DNA of 64,000 nucleotides. Origin: Lentimicrobiaceae bacterium. GTDB lineage: Bacteria; Bacteroidota; Bacteroidia; Bacteroidales; UBA4417. Both the position numbers and the translations under genes were made by a program. The number at the start of each line of letters is the position of its first letter. Position 1 is the first letter of the stretch. Shown piece after piece: positions 56,096-64,000 of this stretch. A model generated the notes under the pieces. It did not search any database and was not told where the DNA came from. It worked only from the letters and a program-made list of their open reading frames with translations. The stretch is taken from positions 68,961 to 132,960 of the forward strand of contig JAPXLB010000003.1 of the NCBI GenBank assembly GCA_033809755.1, written 5' to 3'.

Positions 56096-56148
56096 AAACG
56101 CGAACCACGTAACCCGTACCCCGCAACCCGCAACACGCACCGCCACCT
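56096..56148. repeat. C/A-rich heptamer block (ACCCGTA/CCGCAAC type)
   Basis: aaacgcgaaccacgtaacccgtaccccgcaacccgcaacacgcaccgccacc, followed by ttcaagg as at 17991. Confidence 0.8.
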
Positions 56149-56207
56149 TCAAGGCTTTATATAACTGTATGATAATTGCATTAATTAAATTTTCTTGTTA
56201 AAACTTG

Positions 56208-56272
56208 TTAAGAACTATTCTTAATTAAGAAAAGTTATTTATCTTTGCAAAGTATCAAATAAGAATTATTCT
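56208..56272 (+). promoter_or_regulatory. Promoter region of the fur-dps-prx cluster with two palindromes (candidate Fur/PerR operators)
   Basis: TTAAGAA-cta-TTCTTAA (56208-56224), -7 box TATCTTTG (56240-56247) and AGAAT-t-ATTCT (56262-56272). Confidence 0.4.
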
Positions 56273-56277
56273 ATTTT

Positions 56278-56694
56278 ATGAAAACAACGGAAGAAATAGG
56301 AAATATTTTATCGGAAAAAGGTTTAAAAGTTACACCTCAAAGGATTAGCGTGTATAAAGCAATTTGCAATTTACATACGCATCCCACAACCGATGATATT
56401 ATTGAAGAAGTGAAAAAAGACAATGCGTATATCTCTAATGCAACGGTTTACAATGTGTTGGATAGCTTTGTCAAGAAAGGTATAGTTGAAAGAATAAAGA
56501 CCGATAAGGACAAAATGAGATATGATTTAATGCTTAAAAAGCATCACCATATCTACTGTTCTAAAAGCATGGAAATAATGGATTATTATTCGGAAGAGAT
56601 TGACAAATACCTTGAAAAATATTTTACCGACAATCCGATAAAAAATTTTAACATAAAAAGCATACAACTCCAAATTAACGGTGAATATAAATGA
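56278..56694 (+). CDS. Fur-family transcriptional regulator (PerR-like by context)
   Basis: 138 aa. LKVTPQRISVYKAI winged helix and the HHHIYC metal-site region. It sits upstream of dps and a peroxiredoxin. Confidence 0.8.
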   Translation: MKTTEEIGNILSEKGLKVTPQRISVYKAICNLHTHPTTDDIIEEVKKDNAYISNATVYNVLDSFVKKGIVERIKTDKDKMRYDLMLKKHHHIYCSKSMEIMDYYSEEIDKYLEKYFTDNPIKNFNIKSIQLQINGEYK

Positions 56695-56733
56695 AATTAG
56701 AAATCAAACATTAATCTTTAAAAAACAATAACC

Positions 56734-57201
56734 ATGAAAAATCAAATTAATTTAAAACAAGATTACTCCAAACAAGTAATAGATAAACTAAACACTTATT
56801 TAAGCAATGTGCAAATTGCATATCAAAACACACGCGGTTACCACTGGAACATAGTAGGTAGAAAATTCTTTGTATTGCACCAAAAATACGAAGAGTGGTA
56901 CGACCAATTGAATGATATGGCTGACGAAATCGCAGAACGTATATTAATGTTAGGCGGCACACCTGTACACACATATTCAAAATACATACAATTGGCGACA
57001 ATTAAAGAAAAAGAAAATATCAGTTCGTGCGAAGCAACAATAAAAGAAGTAATTTCTGAAATACTCACACTACTCGACCAAGAAAGAGAAATTATATCGT
57101 TTGCTTCCGAAAATGGCGACGATGGAACTGTAGATATGCTTACAGGATACATTTCTGCTCAAGAAAAGCTCATTTGGATGTACAATGCCATGATTAAATA
57201 A
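56734..57201 (+). CDS. dps: Dps-family ferritin-like protein
   Basis: 155 aa. NTRGYHWNIVGRKFFVLHQKYEEWYDQLNDMADEIAERI carries the ferroxidase-site residues. Confidence 0.85.
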   Translation: MKNQINLKQDYSKQVIDKLNTYLSNVQIAYQNTRGYHWNIVGRKFFVLHQKYEEWYDQLNDMADEIAERILMLGGTPVHTYSKYIQLATIKEKENISSCEATIKEVISEILTLLDQEREIISFASENGDDGTVDMLTGYISAQEKLIWMYNAMIK

Positions 57202-57253
57202 AAAAATAAATAGAAATTAAATTAAACAATAACCAATAAAAATTTTTAAAACA

Positions 57254-57967
57254 ATGGAAGAAATTAAAATGAACGAAACTATTGCAATGCCACGTATTGG
57301 CGATAAAGCTCCTGAATTTACAGCTGTTACCACACAAGGTACAATAAATTTCCCGTCTGATTACAAAGGACACTGGACTATTTTATTTAGCCACCCTGCA
57401 GACTTTACACCGGTTTGTACTACCGAATTTATGACCTTTGCTACAATGGCAGAAGATTTTGAAAAAGCTAATTGTAAACTTGTAGGTCTTTCGGTTGACG
57501 GACTTCATAGCCACATTGCTTGGCTTAGAACCATCAAAGAAAAAATCGATTACAAAGGAATGAAAAATGTTGAAGTGAAATTCCCTTTGATTGATGATAT
57601 TAGCATGAATGTAGCTAGTAAGTACGGTATGATTCAACCTAAAACATCTGCAACTTCTGCTGTTCGTGCGGTATTTTTTATCGACCCGAAAGGTATTATC
57701 AGAGCTATGATGTACTACCCACAAAGCACAGGACGTAATTTCCCCGAATTGTACAGAGTTCTTATTGCACTTCAAACCACCGATGAGTTTGGTGTTGCAA
57801 CTCCAGCCGATTGGCAACCCGGCGACGAAGTTATAGTTCCTCCTGCAAATTCATGCGGAATAGCACAAGAAAGAACCGAAAAACCCGGCGATATGAAATG
57901 CTACGATTGGTTCTTCTGTACGAAGGAATTGGATAAAGAAACTATTATGAAAAAGTTAATTAAGTAG
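57254..57967 (+). CDS. Peroxiredoxin (Prx6/1-Cys-like)
   Basis: LFSHPADFTPVCTTEF active site. 237 aa. Confidence 0.9.
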   Translation: MEEIKMNETIAMPRIGDKAPEFTAVTTQGTINFPSDYKGHWTILFSHPADFTPVCTTEFMTFATMAEDFEKANCKLVGLSVDGLHSHIAWLRTIKEKIDYKGMKNVEVKFPLIDDISMNVASKYGMIQPKTSATSAVRAVFFIDPKGIIRAMMYYPQSTGRNFPELYRVLIALQTTDEFGVATPADWQPGDEVIVPPANSCGIAQERTEKPGDMKCYDWFFCTKELDKETIMKKLIK

Positions 57968-57992
57968 CAAAATGTGATTTTTAGTTAATTTT

Positions 57993-58026
57993 AAAGCTGC
58001 CTCAAATTTTGGGGCAGCTTTTTTTC
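57993..58026 (+). terminator. Intrinsic terminator after the peroxiredoxin gene
   Basis: AAGCTGCC-tcaaattttgg-GGCAGCTT followed by TTTTTTT. Confidence 0.8.
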
Positions 58027-58114
58027 AATTTTTAGAATTTATCAACTTAATAAAAAGGTAATGTAATAAATTGCGGATATTTCATAAATTTGCACTGCGA
58101 AAAGCAAGAACCTT

Positions 58115-58981
58115 ATGAATATTTATTACGACATTGATAAAGCACATGAAATAGTCAGACCTGTTGTTACTGTCGGCACTTTCGACGGAATTCACGTTGC
58201 TCACAGACAAATTATCGATGAACTGAATAATTACGCCGAAAAAATTGGCGGACAAAGTACACTTATCACTTTTTCCCCTCACCCAAGACAAGTTTTGCAA
58301 CCCACAAGCGACTTCAAGTACATTCTTACACAAAACGAAAAAATTGAACTGCTTAAACAAACATCGCTTAAAAACCTTATCATCATTAACTTTGACCTAA
58401 ATTTTGCCAAAACAAATTATCAGGATTTTGTTGTGAATTATTTGGTAAATAAATTAAACATTTCGGCTATTGTTTTAGGCTTCGACCATCATTTTGGTAA
58501 GAACAGAGAAGGCAACAACGAACTTTTGTCCGATTTGGGAGAGAAATATAATTTCAGAGTGAAACAGATTTCAGACATTAAGGTTAAAAATTACTCTGTA
58601 AGCTCCACAGCTATAAGGGATGCAATTATTAGTTCCGATATTAAAACTGCCAATGAGTTATTGGGATACGATTTTTTTGTTGCAGAAAAGTTGAATTTCT
58701 TGGAAGTTGTTGATGAAAAACATCTAAAATTTTCAATTTCTGTTGCTGACGACAAAGTTATGCCTCAAAAAGGTGTTTTTCGTGTAGAAATTAATTGCGG
58801 AGATAATTGCAGGAAAGGTATTTTAATCATTAATCCCAAAGAAAACACAAATCTAATATATACCAATAACACACCCGAAAACCTATTGCTCGACAATCGT
58901 TTGGTTAACATTGTTTTGGTTGAGACTATTTCGGAAAATTGCGACGATTTTCATAATTCTATTAATAAAATTGATTTTTGA
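58115..58981 (+). CDS. ribF: Bifunctional riboflavin kinase/FMN adenylyltransferase
   Basis: VVTVGTFDGIHVAHRQII, ITFSPHPRQV and GFDHHFGKNREG. Confidence 0.8.
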   Translation: MNIYYDIDKAHEIVRPVVTVGTFDGIHVAHRQIIDELNNYAEKIGGQSTLITFSPHPRQVLQPTSDFKYILTQNEKIELLKQTSLKNLIIINFDLNFAKTNYQDFVVNYLVNKLNISAIVLGFDHHFGKNREGNNELLSDLGEKYNFRVKQISDIKVKNYSVSSTAIRDAIISSDIKTANELLGYDFFVAEKLNFLEVVDEKHLKFSISVADDKVMPQKGVFRVEINCGDNCRKGILIINPKENTNLIYTNNTPENLLLDNRLVNIVLVETISENCDDFHNSINKIDF

Positions 58982-58992
58982 ATTAACCTTAT

Positions 58993-59751
58993 ATGAAGAT
59001 AATATTTTTAGGCACAGGAACATCGGTAGGAACGCCAGTAATAGCTTGCAATTGCGAGGTTTGCAAAAGCAACGATAAGCGAGATTTTAGATTCAGGACT
59101 TCACTTTATATTGAACACGAAAACGCTAAAATCGTAATTGATTGCGGTCCCGATTTCCGATTGCAAATGCTTAATAACAATATTAAAGACATTGATGCTG
59201 TTTTCTTCACACACAAGCACCGCGATCATACGGCAGGCATCGACGATATAAGACCTTTCAACTTTATGCTAAACAAAGCCGTTGATGTTATTGCCAACAA
59301 CGAAACAATAGAAGTGATAAAGGCGAGCAACAAATATATTTTTGATAAAATATACAAAGATGCTCCTTGTTTAAATATTATTGAAATTGAAAATAAAGAA
59401 TTTGAATACAAAGGCATCAAAATCAACCCTATTAGCGTACTGCATGCCAACGAAACTGTTTTCGGATACCGAATTGCCGGTCTCACCTACATAACCGACG
59501 CTAATTACATTTCGGAAACCGAATTGCAAAAAGCTAAAAACAGCGATGTTTTGATACTAAATTCATTGGCACGATACAAACATCGTTCGCATTTTTCGCT
59601 TGACGAATCATTGCAAATTGTTGAGCAGGTAAAACCTAAAATTGCTTACCTGACGCACATTAGCCACGGTATGGGATTACACGCTCAAACACAGTCGGAA
59701 TTACCGGAAAATGTGTTTTTAGCTTACGATGGATTGATAATTGAAATTTAG
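58993..59751 (+). CDS. MBL-fold metallo-hydrolase (PhnP-like)
   Basis: IIFLGTGTSVGTP, CNCEVC zinc knuckle and FFTHKHRDHTAGIDD (HxHxDH variant). Confidence 0.75.
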   Translation: MKIIFLGTGTSVGTPVIACNCEVCKSNDKRDFRFRTSLYIEHENAKIVIDCGPDFRLQMLNNNIKDIDAVFFTHKHRDHTAGIDDIRPFNFMLNKAVDVIANNETIEVIKASNKYIFDKIYKDAPCLNIIEIENKEFEYKGIKINPISVLHANETVFGYRIAGLTYITDANYISETELQKAKNSDVLILNSLARYKHRSHFSLDESLQIVEQVKPKIAYLTHISHGMGLHAQTQSELPENVFLAYDGLIIEI

Positions 59752-59835
59752 TTTCGAGTTCTGAGTATTGAGTTCCGAGTGTCAAAACTCCTAACTCATA
59801 ACTCTCCCGAAACTTCGGGACAGAACTCAAAACTA
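59751..59835. repeat. Heptamer-arm hairpin plus TCCCGAAACTTCGGGA palindrome (59805-59820)
   Basis: gtttcgagttctgagtattgagttccgagtg-tcaa-aactcctaactcataactc tcccgaaacttcggga cagaactcaaaac. Confidence 0.85.
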
Positions 59836-61458
59836 CTACAAAATAGGACCTGCCTTAACAAGTCTCTTTCCTTCTTCGTTATCGGTGTATTTTTCAAAGT
59901 TATTGATAAACCTTTGAGCCAAATCTTTAGCTTTGGCGTGCCAATCGCTTTCGTTGGCGTAAGTATTTTTCGGGTTTAGAATTTCAGTAGTAACTCCTTT
60001 CAATTCTTTTGGAATTTCCAAGTTGAAATACGGTATTGTTTCGGTACTCGATTTTTCAATATCGCCGTTTAAAATAGCATCGATTATAGCTCTTGTTTCT
60101 TTAATAGAAATACGTTTGCCTGTTCCGTTCCAACCTGTGTTAACCAAATATGCTTTAGCTCCCGATGCTTCCATTCGTTTAACAAGTTCTAATGCATACT
60201 TTGTCGGGTGAAGCGTTAAGAAAGCATTTCCGAAACAAGCCGAAAAAGTCGGTTGTGGTGTGGTAATACCTCTTTCGGTTCCGGCTAATTTTGAAGTAAA
60301 TCCCGAAAGGAAATGGTATTCGGTTTGTTCGGGTGATAATTTGCTAACAGGCGGGAATACCCCGAATGCATCGGCAGTCAAGAAGATAACCTTTGTTGCA
60401 TGTCCGGCTTTTGAAATAGGTTTTACGATATTATTGATATGATAAATAGGATACGAAACTCTGGTGTTTTCAGTCTTTGACGCATCCGAAAAATCGACGT
60501 CATTTGTATCGGTAACGACTACGTTTTCTAGTAAAGCATCACGTTTGATGGCATTGTAGATATCCGGTTCGTTCTCTTTGCTCAAGTTGATACATTTAGC
60601 GTAGCAACCACCTTCAAAGTTGAAAACTCCGTCATCGTCCCAACCGTGCTCGTCGTCTCCTATCAATGCTCTTTTTGGGTCGGTTGATAAAGTGGTTTTT
60701 CCGGTACCGGATAAGCCGAAGAAAATAGCAACATCGCCGTCTTTTCCTCTATTAGCCGAACAGTGCATTGCAGCTATACCTTTCAAAGGCAAGTAGTAAT
60801 TCATCATTGAGAATATACCTTTTTTCATTTCACCACCATACCATGTTCCTCCAACAAGTTGCATACGCTCTTTCAAATTAAAAGCAACGAAGTTTTCGGA
60901 ATTTAATTTATGTTTTTCCCAATTTTTATTGGTTGTTTTTGAAGCCATCAGAACAACAAAGTCGGGCTTATAAGTTTTTAATTCTTCATCGGTTGGACGA
61001 ATAAACATGTTTTTTACAAAATGTGCTTGCCAAGCTACTTCCATAACAAACCTTACGCACAATCTGGTGTCCTTATTAGCACCGCAATACGCATCCATAA
61101 CGTACAACTTTTTGTTTGAGAGCTGTTTCTGCGAAATTTCTTTCAAATCGCTCCAAACTTCATAACTCATAGGATGGTTGTCGTTAGTGCCTTGTGTTGA
61201 CCACCAAACTGTGTCTTTTGAAACCTCATCGACAACAATATATTTGTCCTTTGGCGAACGACCTGTAAAAACTCCAGTATCAACACTAACAGCTCCAAAA
61301 TTGGTCAAACGACCTTTTTCAAAACCCGTTAAACTTTTGTCCATTTCGTGTTCGAACAAAATTTCGTAATCAGGATTGTAGTATAGTTCTTTTGTTCCTG
61401 TAATACCATACTGTTCAACATCCACATAAAATCCTTTCTTGTTTATAGCTTCAATCAT
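59836..61458 (-). CDS. pckA: Phosphoenolpyruvate carboxykinase (ATP)
   Basis: 540 aa. [13 protein letters not shown] kinase-1a motif and IGDDEHGW. Confidence 0.95.
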   Translation of the reverse strand: MIEAINKKGFYVDVEQYGITGTKELYYNPDYEILFEHEMDKSLTGFEKGRLTNFGAVSVDTGVFTGRSPKDKYIVVDEVSKDTVWWSTQGTNDNHPMSYEVWSDLKEISQKQLSNKKLYVMDAYCGANKDTRLCVRFVMEVAWQAHFVKNMFIRPTDEELKTYKPDFVVLMASKTTNKNWEKHKLNSENFVAFNLKERMQLVGGTWYGGEMKKGIFSMMNYYLPLKGIAAMHCSANRGKDGDVAIFFGLSGTGKTTLSTDPKRALIGDDEHGWDDDGVFNFEGGCYAKCINLSKENEPDIYNAIKRDALLENVVVTDTNDVDFSDASKTENTRVSYPIYHINNIVKPISKAGHATKVIFLTADAFGVFPPVSKLSPEQTEYHFLSGFTSKLAGTERGITTPQPTFSACFGNAFLTLHPTKYALELVKRMEASGAKAYLVNTGWNGTGKRISIKETRAIIDAILNGDIEKSSTETIPYFNLEIPKELKGVTTEILNPKNTYANESDWHAKAKDLAQRFINNFEKYTDNEEGKRLVKAGPIL

Positions 61459-61578
61459 AACCTGTAAATGTTTAATAAATTTTTGTTTCTGATTTTTCTA
61501 CAAAGGTAGGCTATATTAATTGAATATTAAACAATAATTAAAAATTTAATTTTTTGTGTATCTTGTGAAACAATAATA

Positions 61579-61613
61579 GAAAAGGCTGTCCCTGTGTAAA
61601 AGACAGCCTTTTC
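61579..61613 (-). terminator. Terminator hairpin after ppdK
   Basis: AAAGGCTGTC-cctgtgtaaaa-GACAGCCTTT. T-rich on the - strand after the stem. Confidence 0.65.
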
Positions 61614-61636
61614 GAGTATTTAGCTATGAAAATGTT

Positions 61637-64000
61637 TTACTTTTTCGTTGCAGTTTTTTTCGGAGCCGTTTTGGTAGCTTTTTCCGCTTTGCAGTCTCTT
61701 ACTTTTTTGTTTTCTATGCTCTCTTTAACTGCAGCTTGAGCAGCAGCAACACGTGCTATAGGAACGCGGAAAGGCGAACAGCTAACATAGTTAAGACCAA
61801 TTTGGTGGCAGAACTCAACCGATGAAGGTTCACCGCCGTGCTCACCACAAATACCCAACTTAATATTAGGACGTGTTTTCTTTCCTCTTTCGACAGCCAT
61901 TTTCATCATTTCGCCTACTCCCACTCTATCAACAACTTGGAACGGATCGTATTCTAAAATACCTTTTTTCAAATAAATTGGTAAGAACTTGCCTGCGTCG
62001 TCGCGTGAGTAACCGAAAGTCATTTGTGTAAGGTCGTTGGTTCCAAACGAGAAGAACTCTGCTGATTCTGCAATTTTGTCAGCAATTATACAAGCTCTTG
62101 GAATTTCAATCATAGTACCTACCAAATAATCAATTCTATCTTTTCTTTCTTTAAAGATAGCTTCGGCAGTGTTTCTAACCACATCTTCCTGCATCTTCAT
62201 TTCTTCGTATGTACCTGTAAGCGGTATCATAATTTCCGGGAATGTTTCAATACCTTTCTTTTTCAAGTTAAGAGCAGCTTCAATGATAGCTCTGGTTTGC
62301 ATTTCCGAAATTTCGGGATAAGTATTACCAAGACGACAACCTCTGTGACCAAGCATCGGGTTAGTTTCTTCAAGCGCTTCAACTTTATCTTTAACTTCTT
62401 GTAAAGAAAGTCCCATTTCTTTTGCCATTTCTTTCTGAGTTTCTTCAGTTTTAGGTACAAACTCATGCAAAGGTGGGTCAAGCAAACGAACGGTAACAGG
62501 AAGACCTTGCATTGCTTCTAAAATTCCTTCAAAGTCTTTACGTTGAATTGGTAATAATTTGCTAAGAGCTTTTCTTCTTCCGGCTTCGTCGTCGGAAAGA
62601 ATCATTTCACGCATTGCGATAATTTTTTCTCCTTCAAAGAACATATGTTCGGTACGGCAAAGACCTATACCTGTGGCTCCAAAACTTCTTGCGGTTTTTG
62701 CATCATGTGGAGTATCGGCATTGGTACGAACCAACATGCGAGAGTATTTATCGGCAAGTTTCATTAATTTTTTGAAGTCTTCGCTTAGTTCGGGATCTTT
62801 AGTTGCAAGTTCGCCTTCATAGACTTCGCCTGTAGAACCATTAAGAGAAATAAAATCACCTTCTTTAAATACTTGTCCTGCAATTGTAAGAGTGCGTTTT
62901 TCGTAGTTGATGACAATTTTATCAGCACCCGAAACGCAACATTTACCCATACCTCTGGCAACAACAGCAGCGTGCGAAGTCATACCACCGTGTGAAGTCA
63001 AAATTCCTTCAGAAACTGTCATACCTTTAAGGTCTTCGGGCGATGTTTCTATACGAACAAGAATAGCTTTTTTCTTTTTTTCGAACATAGCTGCTGCGTC
63101 GTCGGCTGAAAATACTATCTGACCGTAGGCAGCTCCCGGCGAAGCAGGTAAACCTTTGGTAAGAACTTTTGCTTTTTTAATAGCTTCGGGAGTGAATACA
63201 GGGTGAAGAAGTTCATCTAATTTGTTAGGCTCGATGCGTAATAGAGCTGTTTTTTCGTCTATTAATTTTTCACTAAGCATATCCATAGCTATTTTAACCA
63301 TAGCCTGACCTGTACGTTTTCCGCTACGAGTTTGAAGTATCCATAATTTACCGTCTTGAATGGTAAATTCAAGGTCTTGCATGTCTTTGTAGTGCTTTTC
63401 TAATTTCTTTTGAATTTTGAAAAGCTCATTATATTGTTTCGGCATAGCTTCTTCTAATGAAGCGAATTTTGCCTTTCTTTCTTTTTCGCTAACTCCTGCT
63501 TGCTTAGCCCACTCTTTTGAGTGCATTTCGGTAATTTGAAGCGGAGTTCTGATACCTGCAACAACGTCTTCGCCTTGTGCGTTAATTAGATATTCGCCGT
63601 TGAAGTGTGGCAAACCGTTAGCTGAGTTACGTGTAAATGCAACACCGGTAGCCGAATTGTCGTCTAAGTTACCAAAAACCATAGCCTGCACGTTAACAGC
63701 AGTACCCCACTCGTCGGGAATATGGTTAAGTTCGCGGTACAAAACAGCTCTTTCATTCGACCAGCTATCGAAAACTGCGCAAATTGCTCCGTTTAGTTGT
63801 TCGTATGCATCTTCCGGAAATTCTTTTTTGGTTTGTTTGAAAACGGCTTTTTTAAAGCGTTTTACCAATTCTTTTAAATCGCTGGTAGTTAGCTCGTTAT
63901 CTCTTTTAACGCCTTTTTCTTTCTTTAATTCTTCAATAATAACTTCGAAAGGATCTTGAGCGTTTTTATCAGTTGGTTTCATTCCTAAAACAACGTCGCC
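61637..64000 (-). CDS. ppdK: Pyruvate, phosphate dikinase (N-terminus beyond the window end)
   Basis: GGMTSHAAVVARGMGK (phosphohistidine), LCRTEHMF and GICGEHGGEPSS. The frame stays open upstream of the listed Met to base 64000. Confidence 0.95.
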   Translation of the reverse strand, partial: GDVVLGMKPTDKNAQDPFEVIIEELKKEKGVKRDNELTTSDLKELVKRFKKAVFKQTKKEFPEDAYEQLNGAICAVFDSWSNERAVLYRELNHIPDEWGTAVNVQAMVFGNLDDNSATGVAFTRNSANGLPHFNGEYLINAQGEDVVAGIRTPLQITEMHSKEWAKQAGVSEKERKAKFASLEEAMPKQYNELFKIQKKLEKHYKDMQDLEFTIQDGKLWILQTRSGKRTGQAMVKIAMDMLSEKLIDEKTALLRIEPNKLDELLHPVFTPEAIKKAKVLTKGLPASPGAAYGQIVFSADDAAAMFEKKKKAILVRIETSPEDLKGMTVSEGILTSHGGMTSHAAVVARGMGKCCVSGADKIVINYEKRTLTIAGQVFKEGDFISLNGSTGEVYEGELATKDPELSEDFKKLMKLADKYSRMLVRTNADTPHDAKTARSFGATGIGLCRTEHMFFEGEKIIAMREMILSDDEAGRRKALSKLLPIQRKDFEGILEAMQGLPVTVRLLDPPLHEFVPKTEETQKEMAKEMGLSLQEVKDKVEALEETNPMLGHRGCRLGNTYPEISEMQTRAIIEAALNLKKKGIETFPEIMIPLTGTYEEMKMQEDVVRNTAEAIFKERKDRIDYLVGTMIEIPRACIIADKIAESAEFFSFGTNDLTQMTFGYSRDDAGKFLPIYLKKGILEYDPFQVVDRVGVGEMMKMAVERGKKTRPNIKLGICGEHGGEPSSVEFCHQIGLNYVSCSPFRVPIARVAAAQAAVKESIENKKVRDCKAEKATKTAPKKTATKK

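Noticed and set aside
1-64000. Integrase, transposase, phage structural or conjugation genes
   Set aside because: No ORF in the window shows the relevant motifs. The island and repeats are therefore not called active mobile elements.

Overview
AT-rich chromosomal segment that looks like Bacteroidota. The evidence is gldF/gldG, a T9SS C-terminal sorting domain, an rnfBCDGEA operon and TTTG/TAnnTTTG-type promoters. I support about 57 protein genes, one tRNA-Arg(TCT) and one cobalamin riboswitch. I found no rRNA, CRISPR array, integrase or transposase. Most genes are housekeeping: rlmD, aroK, recQ, hup, fmt, ubiE, fhs, murB, ftsE, rnf, pepE, guaA, gcvP, suhB, mtaB, a fur-dps-prx cluster, ribF, pckA and ppdK. 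Four parts are not ordinary. (1) A roughly 9-kb island (36.1-45.05 kb) lies between guaA and osmC. It carries five co-oriented orphan genes: a ComEC-type MBL hydrolase, a 1265-aa protein with no NTPase motif, a nuclease with an Mrr-type catalytic domain and an unassigned N-terminal domain, and two unknowns. Its intergenic DNA contains two 136-nt imperfect inverted repeats ending CACATAAC/GTTATG, which resemble integron attC sites. A conserved module is also repeated upstream of three of the genes. This is my best candidate for an undescribed defence or cassette system. (2) Next to the tRNA are four tandem, translationally coupled paralogues of an unknown two-TM protein, preceded by a 27-codon hydrophobic mini-ORF. 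Two divergent copies of a roughly 70-nt structured, terminator-ended RNA candidate sit upstream and show compensatory base changes. (3) A B12 riboswitch drives a lone 1273-aa T9SS-secreted protein rather than a transporter. (4) Heptamer-periodic intergenic repeat modules occur throughout with a fixed strand polarity, together with three dispersed structured repeat families (R1, R2, R3) and a conserved 16-nt palindrome. All functional calls come from motifs read by eye; no database search was possible.
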